64,000 nucleotides of DNA, taken from positions 1,372,961 through 1,436,960 of the forward strand of contig MU004190.1 of assembly GCA_010093605.1 (NCBI GenBank), in the 5' to 3' direction. Position 1 is the first letter of the stretch, and the number at the start of each line of letters is the position of its first letter. The DNA comes from Lophium mytilinum. Its lineage: Eukaryota. Made by a program: the position numbers and the translations under genes. The notes beneath the pieces were generated by a model. That model searched no databases, was not told the origin of the DNA, and worked only from the letters and a program-made list of their open reading frames with translations. Below are positions 25,459 through 37,659 of the stretch, piece by piece.

Positions 25459-27650
25459 TCACCTCCTCGTCTGCACCTCCTCTCCTTCCCTGACCTCTCC
25501 CTCCATCAAGACCTCATGTCCGTCACCCTCCCTCACAAAATTCGACGCAAACCACCCTACAACCGCTACACACCCAAGAGACCACCACGCCAAGCCAACA
25601 ATCCCTATCTGGAGTCCCCTTCCAAAGAGGAACCCACCCATGATCGGACCAATGGTCCTCGTCGCACTCGATACGCTCTGTCCGATGCCGTGCATGGTTC
25701 CCAGCACGCTTGGATGCGGGCAGCAATTGTTCACTAGTATCGTGGTTGCTGGAAGCGCGAATGTCCGCGCGAAGACTTGGATGAACAGCACCACAACGAT
25801 GCCCATCCATACCACGATACCTGCAGCGGGGAGCGGTGACTTGGTGCTTGAGGGCAGAATCGAGAGGTACGGCGCCAGCGCATAGGTGATCGGGAAGATA
25901 GCGAGGCTGAGGCGGTAGGAGAGGGCCGTCCCAAGGCGTGCGCTCAGGCGGGGATAGAGCAGCAGTTGCAGAGTAATGCCAATGAAGCCGAGAATAGCGA
26001 GCGCGATACCGATGCGGGCTGGTGGGAGAGCAAGGCCACCTGTGAAGTGGATAGGAAAGGTCTGCGGCGACTTAGGCGGGACCGGGTGCGCGGGGTCGAA
26101 GCGTGGTGTGGAAAGGAAGATGAACCAGAGGCTGTTGAAGGTGCCGACGTGCATGGCGAGGAGGCCGTGGCATATCAAGGTTACAATGACATTCCTAGTC
26201 CATATTCGTCGGAAGGGAAGTTTGCGGCGGCGAATTGGGGCGAGGAAAGGCTTGTCGGAGTCTATCGCCGATCCATGAGGATTCGCGGACGTCGGCGTGG
26301 ACTGTAGTTCCAAGTCTGTAGAACGAGCAGAATCTGGGGAATCGTCTAGAGGAATAGCTGCGTAGCCGTGATCTGAGGTAGCTCTTCGGCCGCAGAGCAC
26401 GCGCTTTAACCAATTACCAATGCGGAGACCGTAGTCTGCTTTGTGCCTAAGAATCTCGTCGGTTTCTTCTAGGAAGAAAATGACGCCTGTGGCAGAAGCC
26501 AGGAGGAAGGTAGCGCTCATAAGATTGGGGAGGGCGTAAGGATGCTTCATCATCCACTGTACTCCGTCTTTGCCGCCGAAGAATGACTTTGGGCCAAAGA
26601 CGGAAGGATAGCTTCCAACTGGGTCGGCCAATAAACCACCTTGAAATGTGTTAGTCAACGACAAGACGCGGGAAAAGAACCGGACCTACCGAGGACTGGT
26701 CCTATGATGACTCCAATGTTGAATGTCATAGGTAGGATCAAGAAAGCCCTTGATTGGAACTTCTTCTCCTTGATAATTTCAGCAATCATGGTTCGCATGA
26801 CGCCTATGTTGCCATTCAAAGCACCCCCTAAGCATCGAAAAACGACAGCAGCAGCGAAATTCGTGGAAAAGCCAAACCCAATGACGGAAAACATAGTCCC
26901 CAATAGCCCGATTAGCAGGACTCTCTTCCGTCCGCCCCATTCTGAGTCTGCGAAACGACCCCACAGCATCGCCGTTAGAAACTGAGATGCCGGGAAAGCG
27001 GCTTGAATTATACCAGCTTGATACGCAATGGTTGAGTCCGGAAGAGAAGTGTCAAAGGACTTCAATTGGTAATAAATATAGGCACCCAGGGAGGTCTGCG
27101 TTAGAGGCTCTGAGAGTCTCGCTAGAGTAAGAATAAGAAGTTGGTCCTTTCTCGGAAGTGAGCTCCACGTGACTGGCTTTTCTTTCGCAGCACCTGCTCC
27201 TTCATCTTCATCGATGTGAGGTAGTCCGGTTCCCGCTTCAACAATGGGCGCTAATCGATGACGGACGTCCCCGGAAGCCATCGTGGTGGTGTCATCGACA
27301 GGCGTCGAGGTTGGCTGTGACGACGGTTTAGAAGAAGAGAAGACAGATGTGATAAGGCGGCCTAAAGAGCTTCTTGCGCGAGACGGTGCAGCATCGCGAA
27401 GCTGGTGAATGCCGCGAAGGTCTTCCTGGTCGTTCTCGTCACGAAGCAGCGCATGGCTATCGGCTTCGTTCTCGAAAGACGACTGGCTGCTGGAATCCAG
27501 ACTATCTTTCTTCACATTTTTAACATCTACCTCCTTGAAGCTCGGAGCTGGAGAGTTCGGAGTGGTTGTTATCGATTCGGAGTCAAAACCAGCTCTCTCG
27601 ACCACCGGAGAACGCGGGGAAGTGTCGTATGGCACATGATTTTGGTTCAT
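25459..27650 (-). CDS. MFS transporter (YCR023C/ZIFL-like), 2 exons
   Basis: LARLSEPL, WGRFADSEWGGRKRVLL, LNGNIGVMRTMIAE, GPVLG|GLLADP; about 12 hydrophobic segments. Confidence 0.92.
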
Positions 27651-28113
27651 TCAAATAAATTGCAAGGATTCCAAGGTCTAAGAAAGTAGTTCAAATGCAT
27701 ATAATGCGCTTCTGTAGTAATATTTCTCTACACAGTTTTTCTAGGAGGCAGAGAGTTGAGGGAAGGTGGAAGGTGGGATGGCTGACGGCGATTGAGAAAA
27801 AGGCATTGCGGGATGGAGCATCGCCACCATCTTCTTGTAGCTTAGGCTCTTTCATATCGTCTTCTCATTGGTTTCTATGCCGTTGTGGCTTCGCACGCCG
27901 GATTGCTTGTGTGGACGCCGTAGATGTTGTTCAACAACGAAAATGTGCCGACAGATCCGACTTCTTCATCCCCACTTTTGCCCTGACACGTGATCTCCAA
28001 CGTCACCTCAACACATTCTCGCTCAAAACAGCATCCTTTGACCCAAACTCTCAATCTCGCGTGTCTAGACTGTTACATTGGCACTGGCAATTTTTCATCT
28101 GTGCAGAGGCGTT

Positions 28114-28720
28114 TTCCGGCTTTTTCAGTCATGGCAAACGGACACTTCGCCGGCTTCAATCTGAATGCTGTATCTCAGGCCTGATTCAATTCATGAGCTT
28201 CGGACCAAAGCACGATAAACCCCGCTGATTTGAGTGCGCTAGGTTTTACATGGCTAATTCTGCGGGTCGCGAACGTAACATCTATGTCGCGACTTCGAAC
28301 TTCTATTCAGGGGGGTCTTCCGGCTTTTTCAGTCATGGCAAACGAACACTTCGCCGGCTTCAATCTGAATGCTGTACCCTAGGCCTGATTCAATTCATGA
28401 GCTTTGGAACAAAGCACGATAAAGCACGCTGATTTGAGTGCGCTAGGTTTTACATGGCTAATTCTGCGTGTCGCGAATGTGACATCCATGTCGCGACTTC
28501 GAACTTCTATTCGGGGGGTTCTTACTAATTTTCGGCCACAGCAAATAGAAATTCAAATTGCTTCGAAATACGTGCTATAGCCTAGGATATTTCTAATCCT
28601 GCGTGTCTCGAATGTGACATCTATATCGAGATTGCTAACATCTGCTTAGGAGGGTCTTGCTAATGTTTAAACCTTGCCAAATAAAAACTTAAACTGCTTC
28701 GATATGCGTGCTCTAGCAAA
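28114..28720. repeat. ~204-bp tandem repeat: 2 near-identical copies plus shortened degenerate copies
   Basis: tttttcagtcatggcaaacg at 28121 and 28325; gctgatttgagtgcgctaggttttacatggctaattctgcg repeated. Confidence 0.9.
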
Positions 28721-29560
28721 GGCATGTCTAATTTTCGAGCCGCTGACGTATATGCGGGGTATCACGCTAATACACAACGCGCCGGCTACAACATCCAGTC
28801 TGGAATAAACCAGTAGCAAGGGGAACCCTAGACGGTATTATGGGCGTGGAAAAGCATTACCCGAACTGCTTTAATATGAGTAATCTAGCCTATAATATGT
28901 CTAATATCGAGCCGTTAAAGTATAAGCGAATGATAACGGCAATACGCAATGCTCTAACCATTACATCTAGCCTGAAATTGATCAGTACCAGGGGGAACCC
29001 TTGACGGTATCACGCATGTGGAAAAGCAACACCCAAACTGGTTTAACATGAGTGCTCTAGCTTAGCCTATGCCTGATTCCGAGCCGTACACGTACACGTG
29101 AATCACCACCTTAATACGCAGTGCTCTAGCTCTTACATCGAACTTGAGATTAATTAGCATCAAGGGGGACCCCAAACGGTATCACGCACATGGAAATGCA
29201 TCAGATAAGGTACAACTATTTGAGTGCTATCTGAGATCATATCTAACTTCCGAGTATTTAACGTACACATAAATCATCGCGCTAATACCCACTGCTCTAG
29301 CTATTACATCGAACTTGATATTAATTAGTATGAGGGGGAACCCTAAACAGTATCACCCGTATAGAAAAGCATTAGATAGGGTAGAAGTATATAAGGAATA
29401 GCTCGCAGTATGTCTGATTCCCGAGCCATTAACGTGCACGTAAATCATCACGCTATTACACAGTGCTCCAGCTATTACATCCAACCTGAGATTCATTAGT
29501 ATCAGCGGGAACCCTAGACGGTACCACACATATAGAAAAGCATTAGATCGGGTTTCTCTA
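28720..29560. repeat. ~171-bp tandem repeat, 5 diverged copies
   Basis: Core gggAaCCCtagACGGTAt...GAAAAGCA at about 28821, 28991, 29164, 29334, 29506. Confidence 0.9.
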
Positions 29561-29639
29561 TACTGAGGTTCAAGGAAATTTTGTATGTCATTACGCTAAT
29601 TACCGGCTATGCCGCACACGCACCCGCACACGCACACGC

Positions 29640-29876
29640 ACACGCTCGCAGTACACGAAATGGGCCTATTAGGGCCCACACAAAAGCAAAGAGCCGAAAG
29701 ACCCGCACGCAAACACTGGGAATGAGCCTATTAGGGCCCAAACCCAATGCAAAGGGCCGAAAGACCCGCACGAAGCAGCCACACGCAAGGCCGAAACACA
29801 AACAAAAACAGCAAAAAAGGTCAAAAAAGAAAAGAAAATGAAGGAAATGTGACTACGCCGCACCCTGGCCACCCGT
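29640..29876 (-). other. Conserved non-coding 3' element (copy A) with an internal ~62-bp duplication and GC-rich hairpins
   Basis: Reverse complement matches 42952-43140 (gggtggccaggg..agtca.att.cctt; gtttcggcct.gcgtgtgg; tgggccctaataggcYcatt). Confidence 0.85.
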
Positions 29877-29884
29877 ACTCGTGC

Positions 29885-32008
29885 TCAATCGAGCCAGTCG
29901 TCGTCGTCGTCGGGTAGGGGGAATTCCGCCTGCGCCTCCATTACGCGTTGTGCTTCTTCGGCAGAGAGAGTGCTCAGATCCGCACTAAGATTTAGAGGAG
30001 GAGAAGTCGAGCTAGAAGCAGTCATTGTAGAGGGAGCCGTTGTTGTAGAGGAAGCCGTTGTTGGAGAGGGAGCCGTTGTTGAAGAGGGGGACGCCTTCGA
30101 CTTCGGAACCTTCGGCGCAGCTATGATTCTGGGCTTCGTGCAAACGCCTGGTAGCTTCGAGGCCTTGTTGAGCAATGGAATGACTACGTCTAGCTCGTCG
30201 TGCAGCTCTTGGGCAACGGCCTCCCGAGGTTCGGGGAGGTCACCCACTTTGTTGACAAGATCGAACAGACGATAGCGCTCCCAATTGCTCCATGCAAGCT
30301 CCGCTTCGTTCAGCGGGATCTTGTCCGCCTGGAGCAACTGCTTGGTGTCGCGGAGAATTGTCACCAGGCTCCGGCCTGCAGTACGGTAGTCTACGCCATC
30401 TCTGATCATGGTCTCGATACTCCGGCAATAGGAGGTCACACGGGTGCCTTTACGTCCGTAGTAGTCTAGATTATCATCATGTTGCTTGACTTCGGCCGTG
30501 GTGTACTGTGCAACTGTCGTACCGAACGGTTGCGACGCGCTCTGCGGTTGTGAGACCGCTGGCTGACTGAAAGCTGGCGCAATACCAGCATTCGTCTGAC
30601 TCTGTTGACCAACTGGAAGGATGGGTTGAGGGAGTGCTGAGGATTGCTGCTGCTGTTGCTGTGCTGCGGTGGCTTGGGTGGCCTGAAGAACTGGTTGTGA
30701 TACAGTCGTTTGTTGGCTGAGTTGAGGGAAGCTGAGAGAAGCCGTCGGAGGAGGCTGTTGCTGCTGCGGAGGAGGCTGTTGTTGCGGCGGAGGAGGCCGT
30801 TGTTGCTGCGCTGGCTCATCAATGTCCATTGGATCATCGAAATCCATTGGATCTTCGTGAATCATGTCAGAGGAAGCGCTATCCATATTGCTGCTAACTT
30901 GCTGAGCAGGGGGGGATTCAGAAATGGGAGGGGCAGGGGCCGGAACTGATGGAATGTTCTGCCCAGTCAATGCGAGCGCGGTGGGTGGATGTGCACCAAG
31001 ATTGGATTGCATCGTTGGATGGATCTGAAACCCTTCCGAGCCCGAGGTCGTAGTCCAGGTCCCGAACACGTGGTTGTCTGGCTTGAGAGAGCAAAGTCCA
31101 GAGGTAGAAACAGCCCTGGCATGGTGCTGGCCAAGATCTTGTAGGGCTTGCAGCAGGGGTTGGGCACGTTGGTCGTCTGCGTTGTTTGAGATGGTCTTGA
31201 AGAGTGTGTCCAGGGACTGCCATGGCCAATTCAGCCACTCTAGCTCAGCCGAGTTGAGGTCGATCAGGTCGCTCTCTAGCCTCGTGACCGCCGCCGTAAT
31301 CGCAGTGGTCAGCATGTACATCGACCAAGTACAGTCTTGGCCGCGACCGAAGCAGTTATCGAAGATGACGAGCTGTTCAAGCACATGATGCCTCTTAGCA
31401 GCGACCCAGTGCAACGACTTCACGCGATCCTTCTTCCTCTGTTGTTCACGCAGTCTCTCCCCGAGGGAGGGCACGGAGACTGGGGACGGGCCAAGAAGAG
31501 TCTGAGAGGATGGCGAGGGAGAGGCGGTGTAGCACTGCGCGCGTAGGCCCACATTGACGCTCTTCGGATACCAGCACAGCGTACCAACTACGTATCGGTT
31601 AAGGTGCCTGTAGCTATCCCAATCTATATCCTGGTTAGGCATTGATTCACCACATAGAAAAGAATCCGCGACATACCTATGTTTCCGGCGGCGTCTTGAT
31701 GGTTCATCCACTCTACGGCCTCGTTGCCGGTGAGATTGAGGATACGGCTCATCTCCATGACTAGATACATCGGGAAGGTCTGGAAAAGCCCTGACGCCTT
31801 GGGCAGTCCCATCATCGCCCAGTGAAATGCCTGCTCGAAGGTGGGTTTGACAGACTCCGTGATGCCGTAGAGGCCTCCGAACAACGAGAGCTCCTGTAAC
31901 GATGCGTTAGTCTTGACGTTGCGACAGCGCATCGGCGAGTGACCTATCGCGACGCGAAGGGGCTCGCGCATCAAAAGAGAGCCACGGGTAGGTTGCACTT
32001 ACAGTCAT
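29885..32008 (-). CDS. Orphan protein A: two copies of an unassigned ~100-aa helical domain with a Q/P-rich linker; multi-exon
   Basis: ATG ACT|gtaagt micro-exon at 32008; exon ELSLFGGLYG..PTFEQA; long ORF with DLIDLNSAELEWLNW..SGLCS and DKIPLNEAELAWSNW..LPGVCT. Confidence 0.75.
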
Positions 32009-32747
32009 TGCGACGGTGATGGCGGTGGATCGACGGAGGGAGGAGGTGTTGTGGTGCGGTAGCTGTTGGCTCGCGGTGAAGTAAGGTTGAAGTGGAGGTT
32101 ACGCAGCAGGTTGGCTATGCAGTTGATGGAGCAGGAAGCGGGTTGGAGCTGTGCAGGGTTGGAGATGGTGAGGTGGTTGTCTCGTCGACTTACGAGGTTG
32201 GTGTGTGTGGAAAGGTTTCGTTCGTCGGCGTAGAGCTGGCTGTTTATCTGTGGGCGAAGGCGGGCGCCGGGCTGCGCGGGCCGGGGGGACGGGAGGTGCA
32301 CGGCTGGAGACGGATAGCAGACGGCGTTGAGGCTGCTCGGTTCACATTCACCTGCTGCTGGTTGCACGTGATATAAAAGAGGTTGAGAGAAGGGGGTCAC
32401 GTGTCCTCCACGACTGCCACGCCAGGCCCACCATCTTATCAGCTTCGTCCTGGCTGCCGTCGAAAGTGTATATAGAAAGAGATGAAAGATTTAACATGTA
32501 ATTGTATAATGACTTACTTCTGCTATAACTTACCTTACCTTCAACGACCAGGTGTGCAAAAAGCGGAGGAAACGTCACCGAATATGGACCAATTGAGACA
32601 ACATAGAACAATCTAGGTACCTACAAACATAGGCTGGAAGTTCCTTATCAAACCACAAATGCGGTCAAAGAAACACTGCTTCTACATCACGTTCCAGTTG
32701 GGCATATGAAGACTGCAACCGTGCAAAGCGTATACTAATGTGTCAGG

Positions 32748-33200
32748 AGTCTACACACACGAAAATGGCATTGCTTATGCTGCAATTTTGCTCTCTCGAT
32801 AGCACTGTCAGGAGTAGCCTCGCGGGCTGTTAGCCGGTTGGTCAAACAGCAGCCTGATTTCCACCGCACCGACGTCTCCACCTTGACGCGAGTCTCAAAG
32901 AGTCTACACACACGACATGGCATTGCTTACGCTTCATTCTTGCTCTCTCGATAGCACTGTCAGGAGTGGCCCCGCGGGCTGGTAGCCGGCTGGTCAAACA
33001 GCAGCCTGATTTCCACTGCACCGACGTCTCCACCTTGTTGCGAGTCTCAAAGAATCTAGACACACGACATGGCATTGCTTGCGCTTCCTTCTTGCTCTCT
33101 CGATAGCACTGTCAGGGGTGGCCCCGCGGGCTAGTAGTCGGCTGGTCAAACAGCAGCCTGATTTCTACTGTATCAACGTCCACATCTTGTTGCGAGTCTC
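32748..33200. repeat. ~152-bp tandem repeat, 3 copies
   Basis: gtcaaacagcagcctgattt at 32841, 32993, 33145; gctctctcgatagcactgtcagg three times. Confidence 0.93.
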
Positions 33201-34890
33201 GAAGACCCATCAGGGTACCTCATACAGTGGCAAGTATCTCTAATTTCTTTTGCTTAAAATGTCATGCTAAATCGGACTCCGTGGCTCCCGCACTCACCGA
33301 TGAAGCAGCTTCAGCACGCTGAATCGTTTCTTGTCCCGGAGACTTGCTATATTGACGCCGTCCCTCAAAGTGAGACCCCTATCATGGCTCTACCTTGTTC
33401 CTTGGGGACAACACGGAACTAGGGCTGCATCACGCGGAATGCGATCCACAAGTGGTGCATTTTGCGATGGGGTTTTGAGCCTATCTTCGCAAAATAAAGG
33501 CGCCTGAGGAAGTAAGAGGGCCTGTGAGGCCGACTGGAAGGGGGGGGGCCGCAGAGTAGAACTTTCTCCAGGGCATCTATATATGCGTAAAGAGCTGAAG
33601 TTGAGAGGTCACGATAAAAGGATGAGACGCGACGAAAGCAAAGATGCGTGTCGTCTAGAGCGCCGCGGAGTTAGTCCCACCCCTATTCCGAGTCTAGTCC
33701 AAACGCGGTCTAATGCCCTAAGCTAGTGGTCGCCTACCAAACTAGTCTATTAAGGTACTGTACTGTCGTACAAAGGTAACGTCGCAATATCGTCTGATGT
33801 GCTCGGGGTCATAATGATCAATGCATTTGCATGCACACGAAGGACTCACGAGACATCTGACAGGACCAAATTGAAGTTGTCATCATGCAATGTCGTAGTC
33901 TTGATGCGGTCCGTATGCTCATAAGGCTGGAGTAGCAAAGGCCGAATGTAGATGCCGCTCATCTAGCGTACAGGGCTGGGGGCCCAAGAATAGCGGCAAA
34001 GGGGGGGAGCAGCCTCAATCCATGCCGCCAATCAAGATTCGGTCCGTTGATTTAAAAGCTTAGCTTTCCAACCCGCCACTTCGGTGGCGCCACAGCTGAC
34101 AGTTCATTTCGCCCCACCGCAAGAGACTGGGGAATTTGCTTCTCGAATATCTCTCTATCCACCGTTGGTCATTAACGCCGTCAGCCCGCCATGAGCCCAA
34201 GAATATGTACCTACAAAGAAGCACTGCCTAGCAAACAACTGCTAGGTATCGTTCATGATCCTCCGTCTTGCGATCTATCCTCCAGCCGGAGATCGATCCC
34301 CCAGCTTACTATTGATCTTTCAGCGTCACTATTGGTCCTACCGGCTACGGTTGCGCCTTTCTCGGCTTCGGCTACCGCTACCTCAGCGCGCACTTGAGGA
34401 TGTACGGTGTGAGAGTGGCATTACTCCTGACTGGGGAGCCACTGGCGGGGGGCCTTGAAGATGCTTAGCCTCCTCCTCAACCTATCATGGAGCGTTATCT
34501 CGTCAGGCCGCCCGGATGTTCTCGCCGATAGTGTAAACAGGCATTTATATGAAGACGCCTGATCCTAATTGGCGATGTTCTGACAAGCGGTATCCTATCC
34601 TGGAGCAGGTGCCTAGGTATAGGGCTCCTAGTGCTAGATCTTCATTTCTCGTGGTGGCTTAGCAGTGATCTTCCGTTCCTATGCGGGTGGGTTGCACTAT
34701 GCAGAGCCTCTTGCGTCAAGGGTATGGCCTGTTCGTCGATGGGGGCTGTACGTCTCTAAATCTTACGTATGAGTATATAGCTGTGAAGAATCCCTATCAA
34801 AGTATTTGGCCATCACATCATTCCAACTCATAATCTCCTATCTCGTCTACCTTTTCCTTCAGACGTTCACTATCCAAGCAACCGTTTACA

Positions 34891-35851
34891 ATGAAGTTCA
34901 GCAGCACTCTTCTGGCGCTCGCCTCAACCGCCACATTCGTTCATGGTTTCTGCGACAATGAAGACTACGACCATGACATCCTAAACATATCCAAGGCAGA
35001 AATGCACGGCGACAGGGCCAGGGCGCGCCGGGCTTTCGCACCTATTGAAGTCGATCTATATTACCATCTGATTGTCAAGGAAAACCCAATGCCCCCCCAG
35101 TTCACGTGGGACGGTCTGTGGAAACAGATTGATTATATGAAAGCAGCATATAAACCCTACGGAATCACTTTCAACACAAAACCCGTAGACATCATTGTCA
35201 ACGCGGCCTGGGCCGACGACATCAACTACAAGGTGCCAGCGGATTTTAAGAAGGTCCACAAAGGAGGCTATAATGCGGTCAACATATATGCCGGACAAGG
35301 CTACACGAGCGGCGTGTGCTCTTTCCCCGCGGGCATGGAGGCCGACAAGCTCGTGCCGCTTACCCAGGACGATGTCACTTTCGATGGGTGCCATGTAACT
35401 TTGGGTGCTGCGACGAACCCAATCAGCGGAACTCCGTCCCACGAAGGTGAGTTCAACAACTCCCGTTTTTTGATGCATCTTGCTGACTTTCCCGTGATTG
35501 AAGTTGGCCATTGGTTCGGATTGTTCCATCCTTTCCAAGGCGGCTGCACCGAGCCCAACGACTATTGTGACGATACTCCTCAGCAGGCGAAGGCTTCCTA
35601 CTCGCACGAGACCGTGACGGGTAACAAGAACACCTGCCCGGCTGTGAACACTTGCCCCAACAACCCTGGCAATGACAACGTCTTCAACTTTGTAAGTTCT
35701 CCCATGCAGCGATTCCAAATCATTACAAGTCGCTAACGTCGCCTGGCAGATGGACTACACCGACTGCTCCCACGAGTTCACTGCTCAGCAGGGATGGCGC
35801 ATGAACACCGTCTTCGATAAATACCGCCGCAACAGGCAAGTCGCTGCATAA
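34891..35851 (+). CDS. Secreted M43 (pappalysin/ulilysin-type) zinc metalloprotease, 3 exons
   Basis: Signal peptide MKFSSTLLALASTATFVHG; HE|VGHWFGLFHPFQGGC split by an intron; DYCDDTP; Met-turn NF|MDYTDC. Confidence 0.9.
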
Positions 35852-36549
35852 AAACATCATGCATACCATTGAGCAACTGTCTGTCGGTTCAGTTGACCGA
35901 GTCTCTGTATATACTTGGACACACTCCTTTGGAAGATACAGTTTGGGCTGCATTTTGATGGCATTCAGAAGCGAGGCATTTGGAAGCGAAGCATTTGGAC
36001 GCGAGGTATTTGATATTTGATAAACACAAGGCCCCTTCGCCACGAAAAGGCTATGCAGTAATAGAAGTTTGGAGAATTCTCAATTCGAACATTGCTTCAT
36101 GTTCTTGCTTTGTTCGACTTTTGATCTTGATGACGTCGGATTTGGTACTCCGTATTGTCCGATTGCTCTCCGCTATGTTTTGGTGCTAGGCAATGTCATC
36201 TCGCATTGATGGATCAACGTATCGTACTGAGCGGTTGCGATCTTGTAATTTATTAGAATACAAAACCCTGCGAGGTGAGGCTGGAGAAACCAGGGGGCAG
36301 GGGTACCACATACTTCGTAGCATTTAATGCCACAACTAATGGGTTAGCGAATTACCCCGCCTACGTCGCTCGATCTCCTCCTTTTCCTCACTTTAGCTTC
36401 CAGGTACTAAGCCTCTCCATCAGGTCGGCTTAGGAGTATATCATTTAGACTTCTCCTCCAAAGGCATTGCATCCCTGTTGTTTTAGTCGGCCGAGTAACG
36501 AGATTCAGTCAAGATTCTACGCCCGGGAGCTTCTCCCAACCCTGGAACA

Positions 36550-37659
36550 ATGTCCGAACCACAAAGATTACGAGTTGGCGTCATCGGAGCAGGAGAAGTT
36601 GCTCAAGTGATCCATCTTCCTGTATTGGCTCTCCTGTTTCATCCCTACTCTGTCACGATAATCTGCGACATCTCCGCGAAGAACGCCTCACATTGTGCCG
36701 CAAAATTCCATATCTCTAAGTTTACTACCTCTGCTGCGGATGTATATACAAGCCCAGACGTTGATATCGTCTTCATTCTTACCTCGGACGAGTTTCATGC
36801 TGAGTATGCAATCGCGGCGCTGAAAGCTGGCAAGCACGTTATGGTTGAGAAGCCAATTTCACTCTCTATGCAATCTGCAAAGAGGATTATCGATGCAGAG
36901 AAAGAAGCAGGAGGGCCAAGGGTTTTCGTAGGGTACATGAGACGCTATGCACCAAGCTTCGTGCAAGCATTCAAGAGAGAAGTCGCAGCAATACCCCGAG
37001 TGCTTTACGCTAGATCCCGAGATTTCAGCGGACCAAACGCACAATTCGTGTCGCAATCCGGCACTTTCCAGGTGCAGAATACGGACTTCCCTCCCGGAGC
37101 AGGTGAGGAGCGGACGAAACGGCTCAATGATCTTTTCGCAGAGGCTTTAGAGGGCCGAGAAGTCACGCCGGAGAAGAAGAAGTACTGCCGCTTCCTAGGA
37201 AGTCTGGGTTCGCATGACATTTCTCTCCTACGAGAAACTCTTGGGTTCCCCGAGTCTGTTGCTGGCGTCTCTGTCAATGAGCCATTCTATTCGGCCATCT
37301 TCAATTACAAGAACAAATCGGGCGAGCCGTTTGCAGTCACTTACGAGAGCGGCATCGATGGAGTGCCGAACTTCGACGCGCACCTTGCGGTCTATGGCGA
37401 GAAGAAACGAGTATCAATACAGTACCCATCTCCCTACGTGAAAGGACTTCCCATCATAGTCAAAGTCGACGAGCTGAATGAGCATGGCGAGACGCAAACG
37501 AGAGAGATATTGTCATCATACGAGGACGCGTATACGGCTGAGTTGAAGGAGCTTCACGCATGTATCACGCAGGGAAAGACGATCAAGACGTCTGCGGTGG
37601 ACGCGCTAGAGGATTTGACATTATACGACATGATGTACAAGAAGTATGAGGGAATTTGA
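36550..37659 (+). CDS. Gfo/Idh/MocA-family NAD(P)-dependent oxidoreductase (inositol dehydrogenase-like), intronless
   Basis: RVGVIGAGEVAQ, AGKHVMVEKP, VGYMRRY, LGSHD. Confidence 0.92.
   Translation: MSEPQRLRVGVIGAGEVAQVIHLPVLALLFHPYSVTIICDISAKNASHCAAKFHISKFTTSAADVYTSPDVDIVFILTSDEFHAEYAIAALKAGKHVMVEKPISLSMQSAKRIIDAEKEAGGPRVFVGYMRRYAPSFVQAFKREVAAIPRVLYARSRDFSGPNAQFVSQSGTFQVQNTDFPPGAGEERTKRLNDLFAEALEGREVTPEKKKYCRFLGSLGSHDISLLRETLGFPESVAGVSVNEPFYSAIFNYKNKSGEPFAVTYESGIDGVPNFDAHLAVYGEKKRVSIQYPSPYVKGLPIIVKVDELNEHGETQTREILSSYEDAYTAELKELHACITQGKTIKTSAVDALEDLTLYDMMYKKYEGI

Noticed and set aside
29690..29770. Histone 3' stem-loop
   Set aside because: Shares the UUUC loop but lacks the 6-bp GGYYYU/ARRRCC stem; the upstream gene is not a histone
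29581..29872. Short Lys/Arg-rich ORFs here and at 43006-43314
   Set aside because: By-products of the low-complexity conserved non-coding element
28114..33200. CRISPR-like arrays
   Set aside because: Whole units of 150-204 bp are repeated with no unique spacers; eukaryotic context; no cas genes
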